A DNA stretch of 64,000 nucleotides from Mobula hypostoma (Eukaryota). Both the position numbers and the translations under genes were made by a program. Shown here piece by piece: positions 26,881 through 39,174 of this stretch. The stretch spans positions 57,414,001 to 57,478,000 of the forward strand of contig NC_086097.1 of NCBI RefSeq assembly GCF_963921235.1. The letters are read 5' to 3'. The first letter of the stretch is position 1. Every line of letters starts with the position of its first letter. The notes beneath the pieces were generated by a model, which was not told the origin of the DNA, ran no database searches, and saw only the letters and a list, made by a program, of their open reading frames with translations.

Positions 26881-28340
26881 TTTGAATAGAACTTTTTCAC
26901 CAAGGCCTTCTCATGCCGCCTTCTTGCTTCGTTTATACCAGTGCCCAAGAAGAGTGTGGTGCCCAGTAGCACTTACATCCACAATGATGAGGTGTTTTGA
27001 GGGGCTTGTGATGAAACTTATCAGCTACTGCCTGAGAAATGACTTGATCCACTCCATTTTGCCTACTGGAGCAACAGCAGTTGCCATCTCATTAGCTCTT
27101 CATTCAATCGTGGACCATCTGGAGAGCAAAGATACATACATCAAGATGCTCTGTATTGATTACAGCTCAACACTCAATACGATCATCCCTTCAAAACTTA
27201 TCAATAACCTCCAAGACCTTGGCTTCAATACCTCTTTGTGCCATTCGATCCTGGGTTTCCCCAACCAGTTCAGATTGGCAACAACAACTCCTCTACGATC
27301 TCCATCAGCACAGATGCACCACAGGGCTGCGTGCTTTGCCCTCTGCTCTACCTGCCTTACACCTGTGTCTAAGCACAGCTCCAATGCCATATTCATGTTT
27401 GCTGATGACATCACTGTTGTGGGCTGTATCAAAGGTGCTGATGAATCAATATTCAGGAGGGAGACTGAAAATTTCGTTGAGTAGTGTCATAACAATAAAC
27501 TCTCACTCAATGTCAGCAAGACCAAAGAATTGATTATAGACTTCAGGAGAGGAAGCCAGAGGTCCATGAGCCAGTCCTCATCAAAGGATTAGTGGTAGAG
27601 AGAGTTAGCAACTTTAAATTCGTGGGTGTTTCAGAGGATCTGTCCTGGACCAAGCACATAGTGCAATTGCAAAGAAAGCATAGCAGCGCCTCTACTACCC
27701 TAGGAGTCTACGGAGGTTCAGCATGACATCTAAAACTTTGACAAACTTCTACAGATGTGTGGTGGAGAGTGTATTGACTGGCTGCATCACAGCCTGTAGT
27801 ATGGAAACACCGATGCCTTTGAATGGAAAATCCTACAGAAAGTAGTGAATATGGCTAAAGCCCTCCCAACCACTGAGCACATCATCATGAACCACTGTCA
27901 TAGAATAGCAGAATCCATTATCAGAGATCCCCACCACCCAGGCCATGCTCTTTTCAAGAGCCGTAGGACAGCCAATACCAGGTTCCAGAACAATTACTGC
28001 CCCACAACTATCAGGCTCTTGAACAAAAGGGCTTAATTACACTCACTCACCCATCCATTGAGATGCTTCCACAACCATTGATCTCACTTTAAGGACTCTT
28101 TATCTTGTTATCTCATGTTCTTGTTACTTATTGCTATTTATTTATATTTGTGTTTGCATAGTTTGTTGTCTTCTGCACTCTAGTTGATCTTTCATTGATC
28201 CTTTTATAGTTATTGTTCTATAGATTTGCGGAGTATACCTGCACGAAAACGAATCTCAGGGTTGTATATGGTGAAATATATATGCAAGAGATACTGTAAT
28301 AAAATTTGCCTTGAACTTTGAAATTTACTTTGAACTTTTC
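26880..28340 (+). mobile_element. Rex1/Babar-like LINE, decayed
   Basis: PVALTSTMMRCFE.LV, YIKML.IDYSS.LNTIIP, FADD.TVVG.I; tail ttgaactttga. Confidence 0.85.
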
Positions 28341-29019
28341 AACTTTGATACTGAAACTGCTTTTCTACATCTGGAGAGTACAGTTAAATCTTTACTTTTG
28401 CATTGATGTATATAAGTCCTGTGTTCGTTTGGCTGAAAACGTAACATTAAACCTGCATAATCAGTCCAAATCTGAGATCAAGGTGCAGAAAACCAAAGCG
28501 GTTTTATAAACTCCCTTTGTCTTAGAGTTCAGCTTAAATTTGACAAATGGCTGGTCTTTGATTTGCATGCATGTAATTTTTTCTTGTTCTTTACCCAATA
28601 TCTTAACTATAAGAATATGATTTTCCAGTCCAATCAATACAGATGGTTTCTTGTTAAAGTGTACTTTCCCATCTGCACACTCTTACCACTAATGTTCCCC
28701 TAAGGATCTACACATGGCTTCCTGCTAGTTCCTTTATAGTATGTTGGTCCCACCACTGTTGAATCACCCACTTTCCAAACTCTCTAGCTGCTTCTTTTTC
28801 ATGCCAATTCTGGATGACAAAAAATTTCACCCAACTGATTTTACGGAAGCTCTCATTTTTTGATCTCCATTGCAAACTCAATTGCATAGATACTTTCCCT
28901 GGAAGCTGCCTGAGATTGAAATAAGCTAATTGCAACATTGATGTTGTTGTCCAGTCCTTAGTGAGCTATGCACCACACATCTGCACCATTTCCATTTTTA
29001 TAGTATTGCCTGATTCAAA

Positions 29020-30500
29020 AATCAGAATCAGATTTAATATCACCGGCATATGTATGGCCTGAAACGTCGACTGTACTTTTTTCCATAGATGCTGCCTAGC
29101 CTGCTGAGTTCCTCCAGCATTTTGTGTGTGCTGCTCAGAGTTTCAGCATCTGCAGATTTTCTTTTGTAGTGAAATATGTTGTTTTGCATCCATAGTTCAT
29201 TGCAATACACAAAAAGCTATAAATTACCATACAAAATATACATATAAAACTGTATACTGTATAAATTAAACAAGTAGCGCAGAAAGGAGTAAAATAGTGA
29301 GTCAGCGTACAGGAAGGGAAGGAAGCTGTTCTGAAATGTTGTGTGTGTGTCTTCACGTTCCTGTAACACTTTCTTGATGGTAGCTATGAGAAGAGGGTAT
29401 GCCCTCGGTGACGGGGGTCCTTAATGATGAATGCTGCCTTTTTGATTGAAGCATCACCTGTTGAAGATATCCTTGATGATGGGGAGGCTAGTACCCATGA
29501 TGGAGCCGTCTGAGTTTGAAGCTTCTGCAGCTTTTTCCGATCCTGTGCAGTGGCTCCTCCATACCAGATGGTGACGCAAGCAGTTTAGAATGCTCTCCAC
29601 AGTACATCTGTAGTAATTTGCGAGAGTCTTTGGTGACGTACCAAGTCTTCTCAAACTCTTAACGAAATATAGCCGCTCTCATGCCTTCTTTGTAATTGCA
29701 TCAATATGTTGGGACCAGGATAGATCTTCAGAGACATTGGCAGCCAGGAACTTGAAATTGCTCACCCTTTCCACTGCTGATCCCTTGCTGAGGACTGGTA
29801 TGTGTTTCCTTGATTTCTCCTTTTTGAAGTCCACAATCAGTTCCTTGGTCTTACTGACATTCAGTGCAAGGTTGTTGTTGCAACATCACTCAACCATCTG
29901 ATCTATCTCATTCCTGTACGTCTCCTCATCGAGATCTGTTATTCTGCCAGTAATAGTTGTGTTGTCACCAGATTTATAGATGCTGTTTGAGCTGTGTCTA
30001 GAGGTGTCGAGGAGTGGGCTGAGCATGCATCCTTGAGTGTGCCAGTGTTGATTGTCAGCGAGGAGGAGATGTTATTTCTGATCTGCATTGATAGTGGTCT
30101 CCTAAAGAGGAAATCAAGGATCTAGTTGCAGAGAGAGGTACAGAGGCCCATGTTTTGGAGAGTGTTGATTAATACTGAGGGTATGATGGTATTGAACTTG
30201 AACTGTATCCAATAAACAACAGCCTGATGTAAGTATTGCTATCATGCAGGTGATTCAAGACTGGTTGGAGAGCCAGTGAGATCGCATCAGCTGTGGACTT
30301 ATTACGCCAATAGGCAAATTGCAGCAGGTCCAGGTCCTTCCTTATTCTGGTTATTCTGGTCTTGAGATGGGTACCTCAGACTGCTGCAGTGAGAGATGGA
30401 GATGTCCTTGAACACTCGCCAGTTGGCTGGCACAAGTTTTCAGTGCCTTACCAGGTACACCATCATGACTTGATGCCTTATGAGGCTTCGCCCTCATGAC
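29020..30500 (-). mobile_element. Rex1/Babar-like LINE, decayed
   Basis: Tail aatcagaatcag; SPKTLANYYRCTVESIL; PHKAS..DGVPGKALKTCASQLA. Confidence 0.8.
29054..29165 (+). mobile_element. Truncated Penelope terminal fragment inserted in the LINE tail
   Basis: ggcctGAAAcgtcgactg...gatgctgcctagcctgctgagttcctccagcatttt...cagcatctgcagatttt; the CUGANGA half is missing. Confidence 0.75.
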
Positions 30501-30570
30501 TGCTGCTGTATCTGCCATTGTTCTCCCGGAGCTGACCACTGACCTACCTCTCTTGTTCTACCCTTGATAA

Positions 30571-31715
30571 CACTAGACAACAAATTTTTTTGAAAGTGTT
30601 GCTTCCTCAGAATTTTTTTTTGTTTTCGATAGACAGTTTGAACCTGAACACAAACATAATTTCAGACTACTTATGTCACATTGGAATTTGCAGAAACAAG
30701 AAATTAATATTTATTGAATATAATGTGTTTAATTGCATAATGGTGCTGAAACTTTGCAATAGTTCAACTAAGCTAAAAATGTTTTATTGATGATTTTCGT
30801 TTGTACTCAGTGCCTGGGGCTTCTCGCTTAAGTCCCCAACACTAATCAGCCAGCATTGGTGGATTCTCGTTGTTCTGATACCACTTCTCCTTGACCACAA
30901 TGCCCTGATAAAACCTTTCACCATACGCTTTACTGACAGTGCCAAGATTTGCAGGGAAGAAATCTAAATGGGAATGCAGTAAATTAATCTTTAGTGACAT
31001 GTTGCTCTTCATGGTTTTATGTGCTTGAAGAATGTTGTCAACCAGCTGCATGTAGTTTGGTGCTCTGTAGTTGCCAAGAAAATATTTCAACAGCATCCTT
31101 GAATGTGTTCCATGCGATTTTCTCCAGCCACACCAGAAGTCTTTTGAATTGCCTGTCATTGATGACCTGTTTGATTTGTGGACCAACAAAAATGCCTTCC
31201 TTAATCTTGGCATCAGATATTCTGGGAAACGTCTATCTCAGATATTGAAACCCTTCATGGAAATTTTTTTTCCTGGTGACAGCGGATCCCATCCTTGCAG
31301 CCTTGAACCCAGTAATTCTGCTTTTGCCTTTGACAAACCAAACCTAAGTCTTTGACCAAGTCATTTAACCCAGACTGAGTTATCAGATGAGGCTCACTCA
31401 ACACAAAGGGTTCAAAATCTGTATCAGCATCAATGTCATTTTTCATTCCTGGCTCATGCATCATGACATCTTTGTCTGCCTCTAGGCTCCATGTTCTGTT
31501 TTTCTAATACTTGGCCTGCCATGCAGCATTCGCCCTGCCTAAGCATTTCCAGGCATGCCTGGACAAGATGGAAAACTTTCCAGCTTACATTGTGGGCAAC
31601 ATTTTAACTGATTTTGAAAATGAATGGAAATAACACGTATAGGTGTTTTTTAAAAGAAAATGGTACATGATAGGGAAATTTCATGGTGATTTCTATGATC
31701 AGCAGCCCAAAATCC
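30571..31715 (-). mobile_element. Chapaev3-like DNA transposon, deletion derivative (second copy)
   Basis: taa|CACTAGACAACAAA terminus; FLGNYRAPNY.QLV...NMSLKI..LHSHLDFFPANLG.VS..YGERF.Q; homologous and inverted relative to 18000-19072. Confidence 0.72.
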
Positions 31716-32110
31716 TATATTCCTTACCTTCATAATATCTTCTACCCGAGGTAACTCCCTTCCACCCTGATGTCTGCCTTCCTATAACTCTTATCGACTT
31801 GATCCCTGAATTTAATTCTCACCATTAGCAGCACTCTCTTCAGTTACCAATATCTTAATTTCTCCATTTACTTCCTTGAGATTCTCCACATGTCAGTTTC
31901 TGCCTTGAAGATGCTTCTTAAATGTACTATTTCACCAACCTTTGGATAATCTGCTCTATTTCAAGATCATATCCTTTTGTGGTTTATTGTCAGTTCTTAT
32001 TTCATAAAAATCTTGCAAAACAGATGGGAATATTTTGTAACTTTAAGGATGATATATATTTAGAAGTTGTTACTGTTTCTCTCATAGCTGAATTTTCTTC
32101 TGTCTTCTAG

Positions 32111-32289
32111 GTGTGCCCCGGGTGGACCGTGCTGTTCCACGACCTGCAGATTTGATTATCAGCAATGCACATCCAACTACGTTAACAACGGCCTCATCTC
32201 ATCAGATACCACAGCCTGAGATGAAAAAAAACATAACTGTCATACACATGAAATCTGAAAAGAAGGATCCACCCAAGCTAACTGTACAG
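32111..32289 (+). CDS. KIAA0586: KIAA0586/TALPID3 internal coding exon (179 nt, phase 1 to 0)
   Basis: Acceptor ttcttctgtcttctag, donor CAG|gtgtgg. Encodes GVPRVDRAVPRPADLIISNAHPTT...NITVIHMKSEKKDPPKLTVQ (TALPID3 MKSEKKDPP.LTVQ). Confidence 0.92.
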
Positions 32290-32689
32290 GTGTGGTGCTA
32301 CATGAGATGCATGTTGTACTGGACAGCTACCATACTTTAGCCACAAAAAACCAGCAAAACTTGGCTTGAGGATACTCTTAAAGTACAGATTTCTCAAATG
32401 TACATTTAAATTTTAGGATATGGGGATGTTGAACATCATGGGATGTGAGGAGGACAAATTTTGTGCTCCATCAAAGCCCATAAGCTTTAGGTCCATTTAT
32501 CTAATTGATCTCATCCTTCCTGTTCTTCTTAATGGTAGAAATAGATGGGAAATCATCAGCATTGAGATCTTGAAAATTATTTCCACATTCCCCACTCTCC
32601 CCCGGCTCCTCTGTTGTCTCATTGACTCATCATATCAGTTAGACATTAAGCAAGAATGTCCGGAGTACAGCAATGGCTAGAGTTTCAGG

Positions 32690-34460
32690 AAGCAATTTGG
32701 GAGGCATAGGATAGGTACATCGAAAACATGAATTATTGTAAAAGGAGCACAAGACAACTGTGGCTTACAAGGGAAGTCAAAGACAGCATAAAAGGAAAAG
32801 AGAGGGCATATAATATAGCAAAAATTAGTGGGAAGTCAGAAGATTTGGATGCTTTTAAAAACCAGCTAAAGAAACCATAAGGAGAGAAATGATGAAATGC
32901 AGGTAAGCTAGCCAATAATATAAGAGAGTATATCAAAAGTAAAAGAGAGGCGAAAGTGGATATCAGCCTGCTGGAGAATGATGCTGGAGAGGTAGTAATG
33001 GGGGTCAAAGAAACAGCAGATGAATTGAATAAGTACGTTTGTATTTTGCATTGGTCTTCACTGTGTAAGACACTAGCAATATGCCAGAAATTTGAATGTG
33101 ACAAGGGGCAGAAGTGAGTGCAGTTGCTAAGGAGAAGTTCTTGGGAAGCTGAAAGGTAGATATTTCACCTGGACCAGATGGACTGCACCCCAGGGTTTTC
33201 AAAGATGTAGCTGAAGAGAATGTGGAGGGATTAGTAATGATCTTCCAAGAATCACTAGATTCTGGAATGGTTCTGGAGAACAAGAAAATTGCAAATGCCA
33301 CTCCATTCTTTAAGAAGGGAGGGAAGCAGAAGAAAGGAAATTCTAAGCCACACTCATAACACGCTTTGAGGAACTCAGCAGGTCGGGCAGCATCCGTGGA
33401 AACGATCAGTCAACGTTTCAGGCCGGAACCCTTTGTCAGCACTGAAGATGGAAGGGGCAGAGGCCCTATAAAGAAGGTGGGGGGAGGGTGGGAAGGAGAA
33501 GGCTGATAGGTGCCGGGTGAAAACCAGTAAGGGGAAAGATAAAGGGGTGGGGGAGGAGAAGCAGGGAGGGGATAGCCAGGAAAGGTGAAGAAGGAATAGG
33601 GAAAAGCACAATGGGTAGTAGAAGGAGGTGGAACCATGAGGGACGTGATAGGCAGCTGGAGGAGGGGGCAGAGTGAAACGGATGGGGGATGGGAGGGGGA
33701 GGGAATTACCTATCTGCAGATTATTTTGTGTTTAAAATTCTAGGCCAGTTAGCCTAACTTCAGAGGTTAGGACAATGTTAGGGTCCATTATTAGGGATAA
33801 GGTTTCAGAGTACTTGGAAGCGTATGATAAAATAGGCCAAAGTCTCCATGGTTTCCATAAGGGGAAATCTTGCCTGGCAAATCTGTTGGAATGCTTCAAG
33901 GAAACAACAGGCAAGATAGACAAAGGAGAGTCAGTGGATGTTGTTTATCTGGATTTTCAGAAGGCCATTGACAAGGTGTCGCATCAGAAGGGGCTTAATA
34001 ATACAAGAGCCCATGGTGTTATCAGGGGGAATCTCATTGAAACCTATTGAATATTGAAATGTTGGGATAATTGGATGTGGGGTGGATGTTTCATATAGTG
34101 GGTTAGTCTAGGACCTGAGGACTCAACCTCAGAATAGAGAAACATCTATTTAGAGCAGAGATGCGGGGGAATTTCTTTAGCCAGAGGATAGTAAATCTGT
34201 GGAATCCATTGCCACAGGCAGCTGTGAAGGCCAAATCATTGAGAAGTTGTTAGGTTCCTGATTAGTCAGGGCATGAAAGGGTACGGGAAGAAGGCAGGCG
34301 AATGGGATTGGGAGGGATAATAAATCAGTCATGATGGAAAGTTAACTAATTGCATGACACATCCTGGTGATACTAAACCTGATTCTGAAATCAGCCATGA
34401 TGGAACAGTGGAGCAGACTTGCTGGTCTGAATGGACAAACGATGCTGCTTTATCTTATGA
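32690..34460 (+). mobile_element. Decayed CR1 LINE with internal deletion, interrupted by a PLE fragment
   Basis: PGPDGLHPRV, HGFHKGKSCLANLLE, YLDFQKAIDKV; tail gctgctttatcttatgacctt. Confidence 0.8.
33351..33734 (-). mobile_element. Penelope 3' fragment with short inverted tail
   Basis: TSD aaattctaagcca (33338-33350) / aaattctaggcca (33735-33747); mutated hammerhead at 33407-33444 (CTGACAA); purine-rich tract; inverted tail atctgcagattattttgtgtt. Confidence 0.8.
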
Positions 34461-36299
34461 CCTTAGACTGAAAATATCAAAATATTTCATGTACAGTGAC
34501 TTTTTTTTGAATTGGATGTTTATATTGGTAGCATGGCTTGGTAACTTCACACTAAATCAGGGAAGCTAGGGAGACATAAATCAAAAAGAATTTAATTTTT
34601 AATATGTGCTGTGCTTGACATGTTTTGAATCTGTTCATAGTTCCATGTACAGGTATATTTATCCAGACACTAATAAATATTGGCAATAACCATAATCTTT
34701 TTTTGTATTTTGAAGCAAAGTAAATGATTTGGGAAAGTCCAAATATTATATGGGCCCAAATCATGCTCAGTCCACCTTCCTTCCCTTCTCTCACCCCTGT
34801 GCACTTGCTGCTACTCACCAGGCTCGATGCAAGAGGTGTTGTTGCCATGCACTTGACACCATAAAATAAGAAAAAATGTTCAAAACATAAAATGAAATAA
34901 TGAAAAAAATTTCAATCAAGGTTGGTGAACCCATTTTGATAAATGGGGGATATGCTATATTCACAAGCTTTGATTGGCATAAATCCATAGAGAACATCTG
35001 GCCCCTCAGTTCTGTATACATGTGCTATGCTCCTAGTCTTAATACTGAGACTAGGTTGGACAGGAGGTCAGAAAAGTATCTGGCTCCAGCTCATCTCTGA
35101 ATTCCATGTTGACCAGAATGAAAAGCATACAAGCAGATCCACAGGGCAGAGTTCACTATCATTTATTGCCATGAACCTCCAGAAAAAGATAATTACCCTT
35201 AGGCCTATTAACTTTCATGCTTACCCTTTTGGAGTCTAGGAATCCACAGGTTTTGATCTTTACGGGGTTGCTGATAATTGGCTACAAATTACATTGCTAC
35301 AGTTTTGCTCTTTAGTCAGACAACTCTAGAAGAAAACCATTGTTTATTATATACATTTATTTAATTTAACAATATAGAAGTATGTTAACTCGTATCTCTA
35401 GTGAATGGAATGAAAAAAACAGGTAGCATTCTATAAGGCTTCTCTTGGTGCCAATCTGTAGCTTGCAATTCAGAAGCAGAGACAGAAAATGGAGACAAAC
35501 TTAATTCCTTTCATTCCTACTTCTGCAAATTTTTATATTTTGGGCAGCTTGACAGATTTAAAATTTTCAGATTGTGGACAGTATTACCCTGCAGTGTAAG
35601 CGTATTGTATTAGTGTGAGGCTCTATCAGTCTGCCGAGAAGCAAATGTCTGCTTTGTCATAGTATTAATGGCGTACTTCAGATCAGACATTTAAAACCAT
35701 TATAATAAATACCTAAAATATTTTTGAAATTTAGCAATGCAGTAAACTTCTTGAAACAAATAAAATAGCTAACAACAGCAAAGTATGATAAAACAATGTT
35801 CTCCTTTACCTCATAACCTGCAGGCCTACAAACCCTGCTGAAGGCACCTGGGTCTCAGATCTGACACAAATCTTGAATAACTGCACTTTTTGTGATTTTG
35901 TAGGACTGGTGCAAAGTGGTCTGGAAGATGAAAGGGACAAGGCCTCAGACAGTGTACATAAAAACATCCTGAAGTAGTAGAGATTAATTAAAATCCTGGC
36001 ACTGATCTGAGAATTAATTCCCCGGCATGCAGCTGGGGAGTCCCAGCAAAATTGACCCCCTCCCCCCAATGTGCTGGATTTCATATGGAGTTCAGGAGTG
36101 GGGCTCAGTGACAGATGTGGCACCATCTGTTAATCACTAAATCCTGAACTTCTGTGCTTGTGAATGACATGCTCAAGTCTGGGACTCACAACCGTTCAAA
36201 TGGCTGAACACCAGTGGTTCTAGTCAGAACATTGTCTAACCTTATGTATTTGGCAAAGAGACAATCGGATAGACATAATATTGATAGGTGAAATTAGAA

Positions 36300-37680
36300 A
36301 TGACCTAAAATGAACTAAATTAGAAATGAACTAAAAAGGAGTATAATGTAATAAAATTACTCATTATAGATTTGCAAAAGGCATTTGATTAAGTACATCA
36401 TTATAGACTAATGCAGAAGACCAGGAGATAAGTAGCTGATGGCTCGTTGGTTACAAGATTGAGAAGAAAGTGGATTGGGAAAGATAATCATTTGTTGTGG
36501 AGTAATGTGGGAAGTGGGAACTGGAGTTCCCTGAGTATTTAGGCTTTGAAATTAGAACACAGTATCTTTATGTATATATTTATGCATGCACAGAGGGAAA
36601 TCAATCAGATAAAGCTCCAAGAATCTGACATCCTCAGGAGCTTGATGTACCATATAGGCAGATTTTGCAGATTATTTGATATTACTCCTATTAATGCCCA
36701 ACACTTTTTTTTAGAAGTTATATAGTAGTTTATTAAACAAATTATATTGGAGCATTATACACTTCCCAGAGAACTCTGAGTTTAAAGGGAGCGTAAGGTC
36801 TGGGGCAACCACTCGTTTTAAAGGGAATACAGGAAATAGATCCCTCTGAGGCTAGAGGAACATGAGAAGCTGCTCTGTTTAAAAGGTGTGTGGGAAACAG
36901 GTGCTGAACCATTGGGATTTCCAATGAATGGTTTAGTGGATTAGCAGAGTTTTTCTGTGCTGTGTTGCGCTGTAAAATAATTGGAAAATGCACTAATTAA
37001 TTTTGATGTAGTCAAAATGAGCTATTACATTGGTCAAATACAACTTAGAAAATATAAATCAAAATAGGGTAGTGCATGAAAAGGATCTGAGGCAGAAATA
37101 TGCAAGTGACTTAAAGCTGAAATGAAGATTAATATGACTATTAGTGGAAGCAAATCATACTAAAGTTTCATTTCTAGAGGGACACAACTGGGAAATAGGA
37201 TGTTTTGAATGAAGGTGAGGCAAACTTGAAGGACAGAGTACACCTTAGGTTACTCTGAAGGTATATTGAAAAGGATTTGGAGGTACTAGAGGGATACACA
37301 AAAAATCAGGTTGGTAGCAAAGCTGCAAGTTGACATATCAGTTCACCTGCTGGTTCCTTTGACAAGAGAAGGCTGAGTGTTTGTTTAATAAAGGTTATCA
37401 GAAAAATAAGTTTTGATAGTGAAAACAGGGAATATTTGCTCTTTTGGAGAAGAGAACATTTGAACAACATCAATTTAATAATTAAGCAGAGACTTCAGAG
37501 TAATAAACATATGATCAAGGCTATTGTTACTGATTTAGGGGAAACGAGGAATATGAAAGTGAGGGCTATATTGTTCTGCTGATGGAGGTAGGTATAGAAG
37601 GAGGTTTGAGCAGAGTCTGAATGATGACATGTGTTGGCTGGGGTGATGGACCATCTCTGTTCATTAATTCAATGAAACAT
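36300..37680 (+). mobile_element. Very old CR1 remnants
   Basis: atagatttgcaaaaggcatttgattaagtacatca (DFQKAFDKV-like) and a degenerate 3' region. Confidence 0.45.
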
Positions 37681-38161
37681 TGTGGGTTGGCACCATAAAT
37701 GCAATGCCAGAGGGGTTTTCTATATTGATCTTATCTGGCCTACTTACCATTTAAGTCATATATCACGTCGTTGGCACTAGTTGTTCTTGGGTAATGAAGG
37801 ATGGACAATAAATACTACATTGTGAGTGTTACCCTCAACCCCATAAAAATTTGGTTGCTGTAATACATTATTGGTTTTTGGTATTTCTAGAAATCAATAA
37901 TAACTTTATAACTCTCCTCATAGCAAATAGAATGTTTTGGATATAAGCTACAAAGCAAACAATAAAATCAGCAAAAAGCAATTTAAATATAAAAGGCAAA
38001 TCACCATAATTTACTATAACATTAAAAAGTTGTTTCATAATCAAATTTTCAGCAACTCTTAGAATATGTATTTCAAAGGTTTTTGTACAAAAAGAACCAT
38101 TCGTAAGTTGTCTCATTCTTAATTTTTTCTTCATATAACTGGATGTGAAAATTGTCTTCAG

Positions 38162-38278
38162 GTATTGCCCAATGTGGATATTGATAGTCTTCCAAGTATT
38201 AGTCCAGAAAGAAGCCAGAGATCACCGAGCCCTGAGCAACAGCAGATGATGCAACAGACTGCACCAACTCTGAAACAG
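38162..38278 (+). CDS. KIAA0586: KIAA0586/TALPID3 internal coding exon (117 nt, phase 0 to 0)
   Basis: Not in the ORF track. Acceptor attgtcttcag, donor CAG|gtacca. Encodes VLPNVDIDSLPSISPERSQRSPSPEQQQMMQQTAPTLKQ; VLP.VDIDS directly follows LTVQ in TALPID3. Confidence 0.9.
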
Positions 38279-38859
38279 GTACCATTATTGTTGTCAGTGT
38301 TTGTAAATGTTTTTCTTTCTGATTGAAGGCATACTCCATTTATAGTATAGCTTTGTTCAGAAATATTTCCTTAGAATGAATATTTGGATGGCATTCCACT
38401 TGAACTTCCCTCTTAACTAAGACATTAAGCAAAAGGACTGATATCAGAATAAATTGGCACTGGATGTAAAACATAAAAATTTAATTGAAGTCTTTCACAT
38501 CTTGATGAACAACATTTCTGTGGTCTGCTGGCCAAAACTACAAAACTAAGATATTATTTGAAGTTTTGTTTGCTTAATAGAGAGAGCAGTTACACTTGCT
38601 TGGAAACATACCCACTAATCAAATCTAGAGGATTTAGCTATAAGAACAAAGGCTTATGGCATTCATCCCACTGCATCAACTGTGTTTGAACAGATTAAAA
38701 TCATATGCATAGAAGAACATATAGTATACATTTTAAAACCATGGCTGGCAAAGATACTTAAACCAATAGGAAGAATCATCCAGTGATGGCTTCTGAACTA
38801 TGCTATATGGTTATTCACCAGTAATGCCCTGGAAACCTACAGATCTATCTGACTGTTAT

Positions 38860-38990
38860 TCAAAACAATAAATGCTGGAAATCCTCAGTAGATCAGGCAG
38901 CATCAGTGGATAGAGAAACAGAGTTAATATTTCAGTTTAATGACCTTCAAAGAAATTCTGATGAAAAATCATAAACCTGAAATGTTTGAC
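38860..38990. repeat. Fold-back Penelope terminal fragment with two opposed degenerate hammerhead motifs
   Basis: gagttaatatttcagtttaatgaccttcaaagaa followed by ttCTGATGAaaaatcataaacctGAAAtgtttgac. Confidence 0.6.
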
Positions 38991-39174
38991 AAGGGGCTGC
39001 AGATGCCGGAATATAGAGCAACACTGAATCTGCTGAGGGAGCTCAGCGGACTGAGCAGCATTGCTGGAAGGAAAGCAATTGTCGACATTTCAGGTTGAAA
39101 CCTTGCATCAGTACTGAGAGTGGAGAGAGAAGGTGGCCAACATAGAGAGGAGAAGGAAATGGCAAGCAAGGAAA

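Noticed and set aside
35904..35980. Possible exon after tttttgtgattttgtag
   Set aside because: Stop in the required phase-0 frame and no good donor; the flanking exons already join as LTVQ-VLPNVDIDS.
36060..36210. Small hairpin acagatg-tggcac-catctgt and a SINE-like stretch
   Set aside because: Too short; probably a degraded antisense Deu-type SINE, too weak to annotate.
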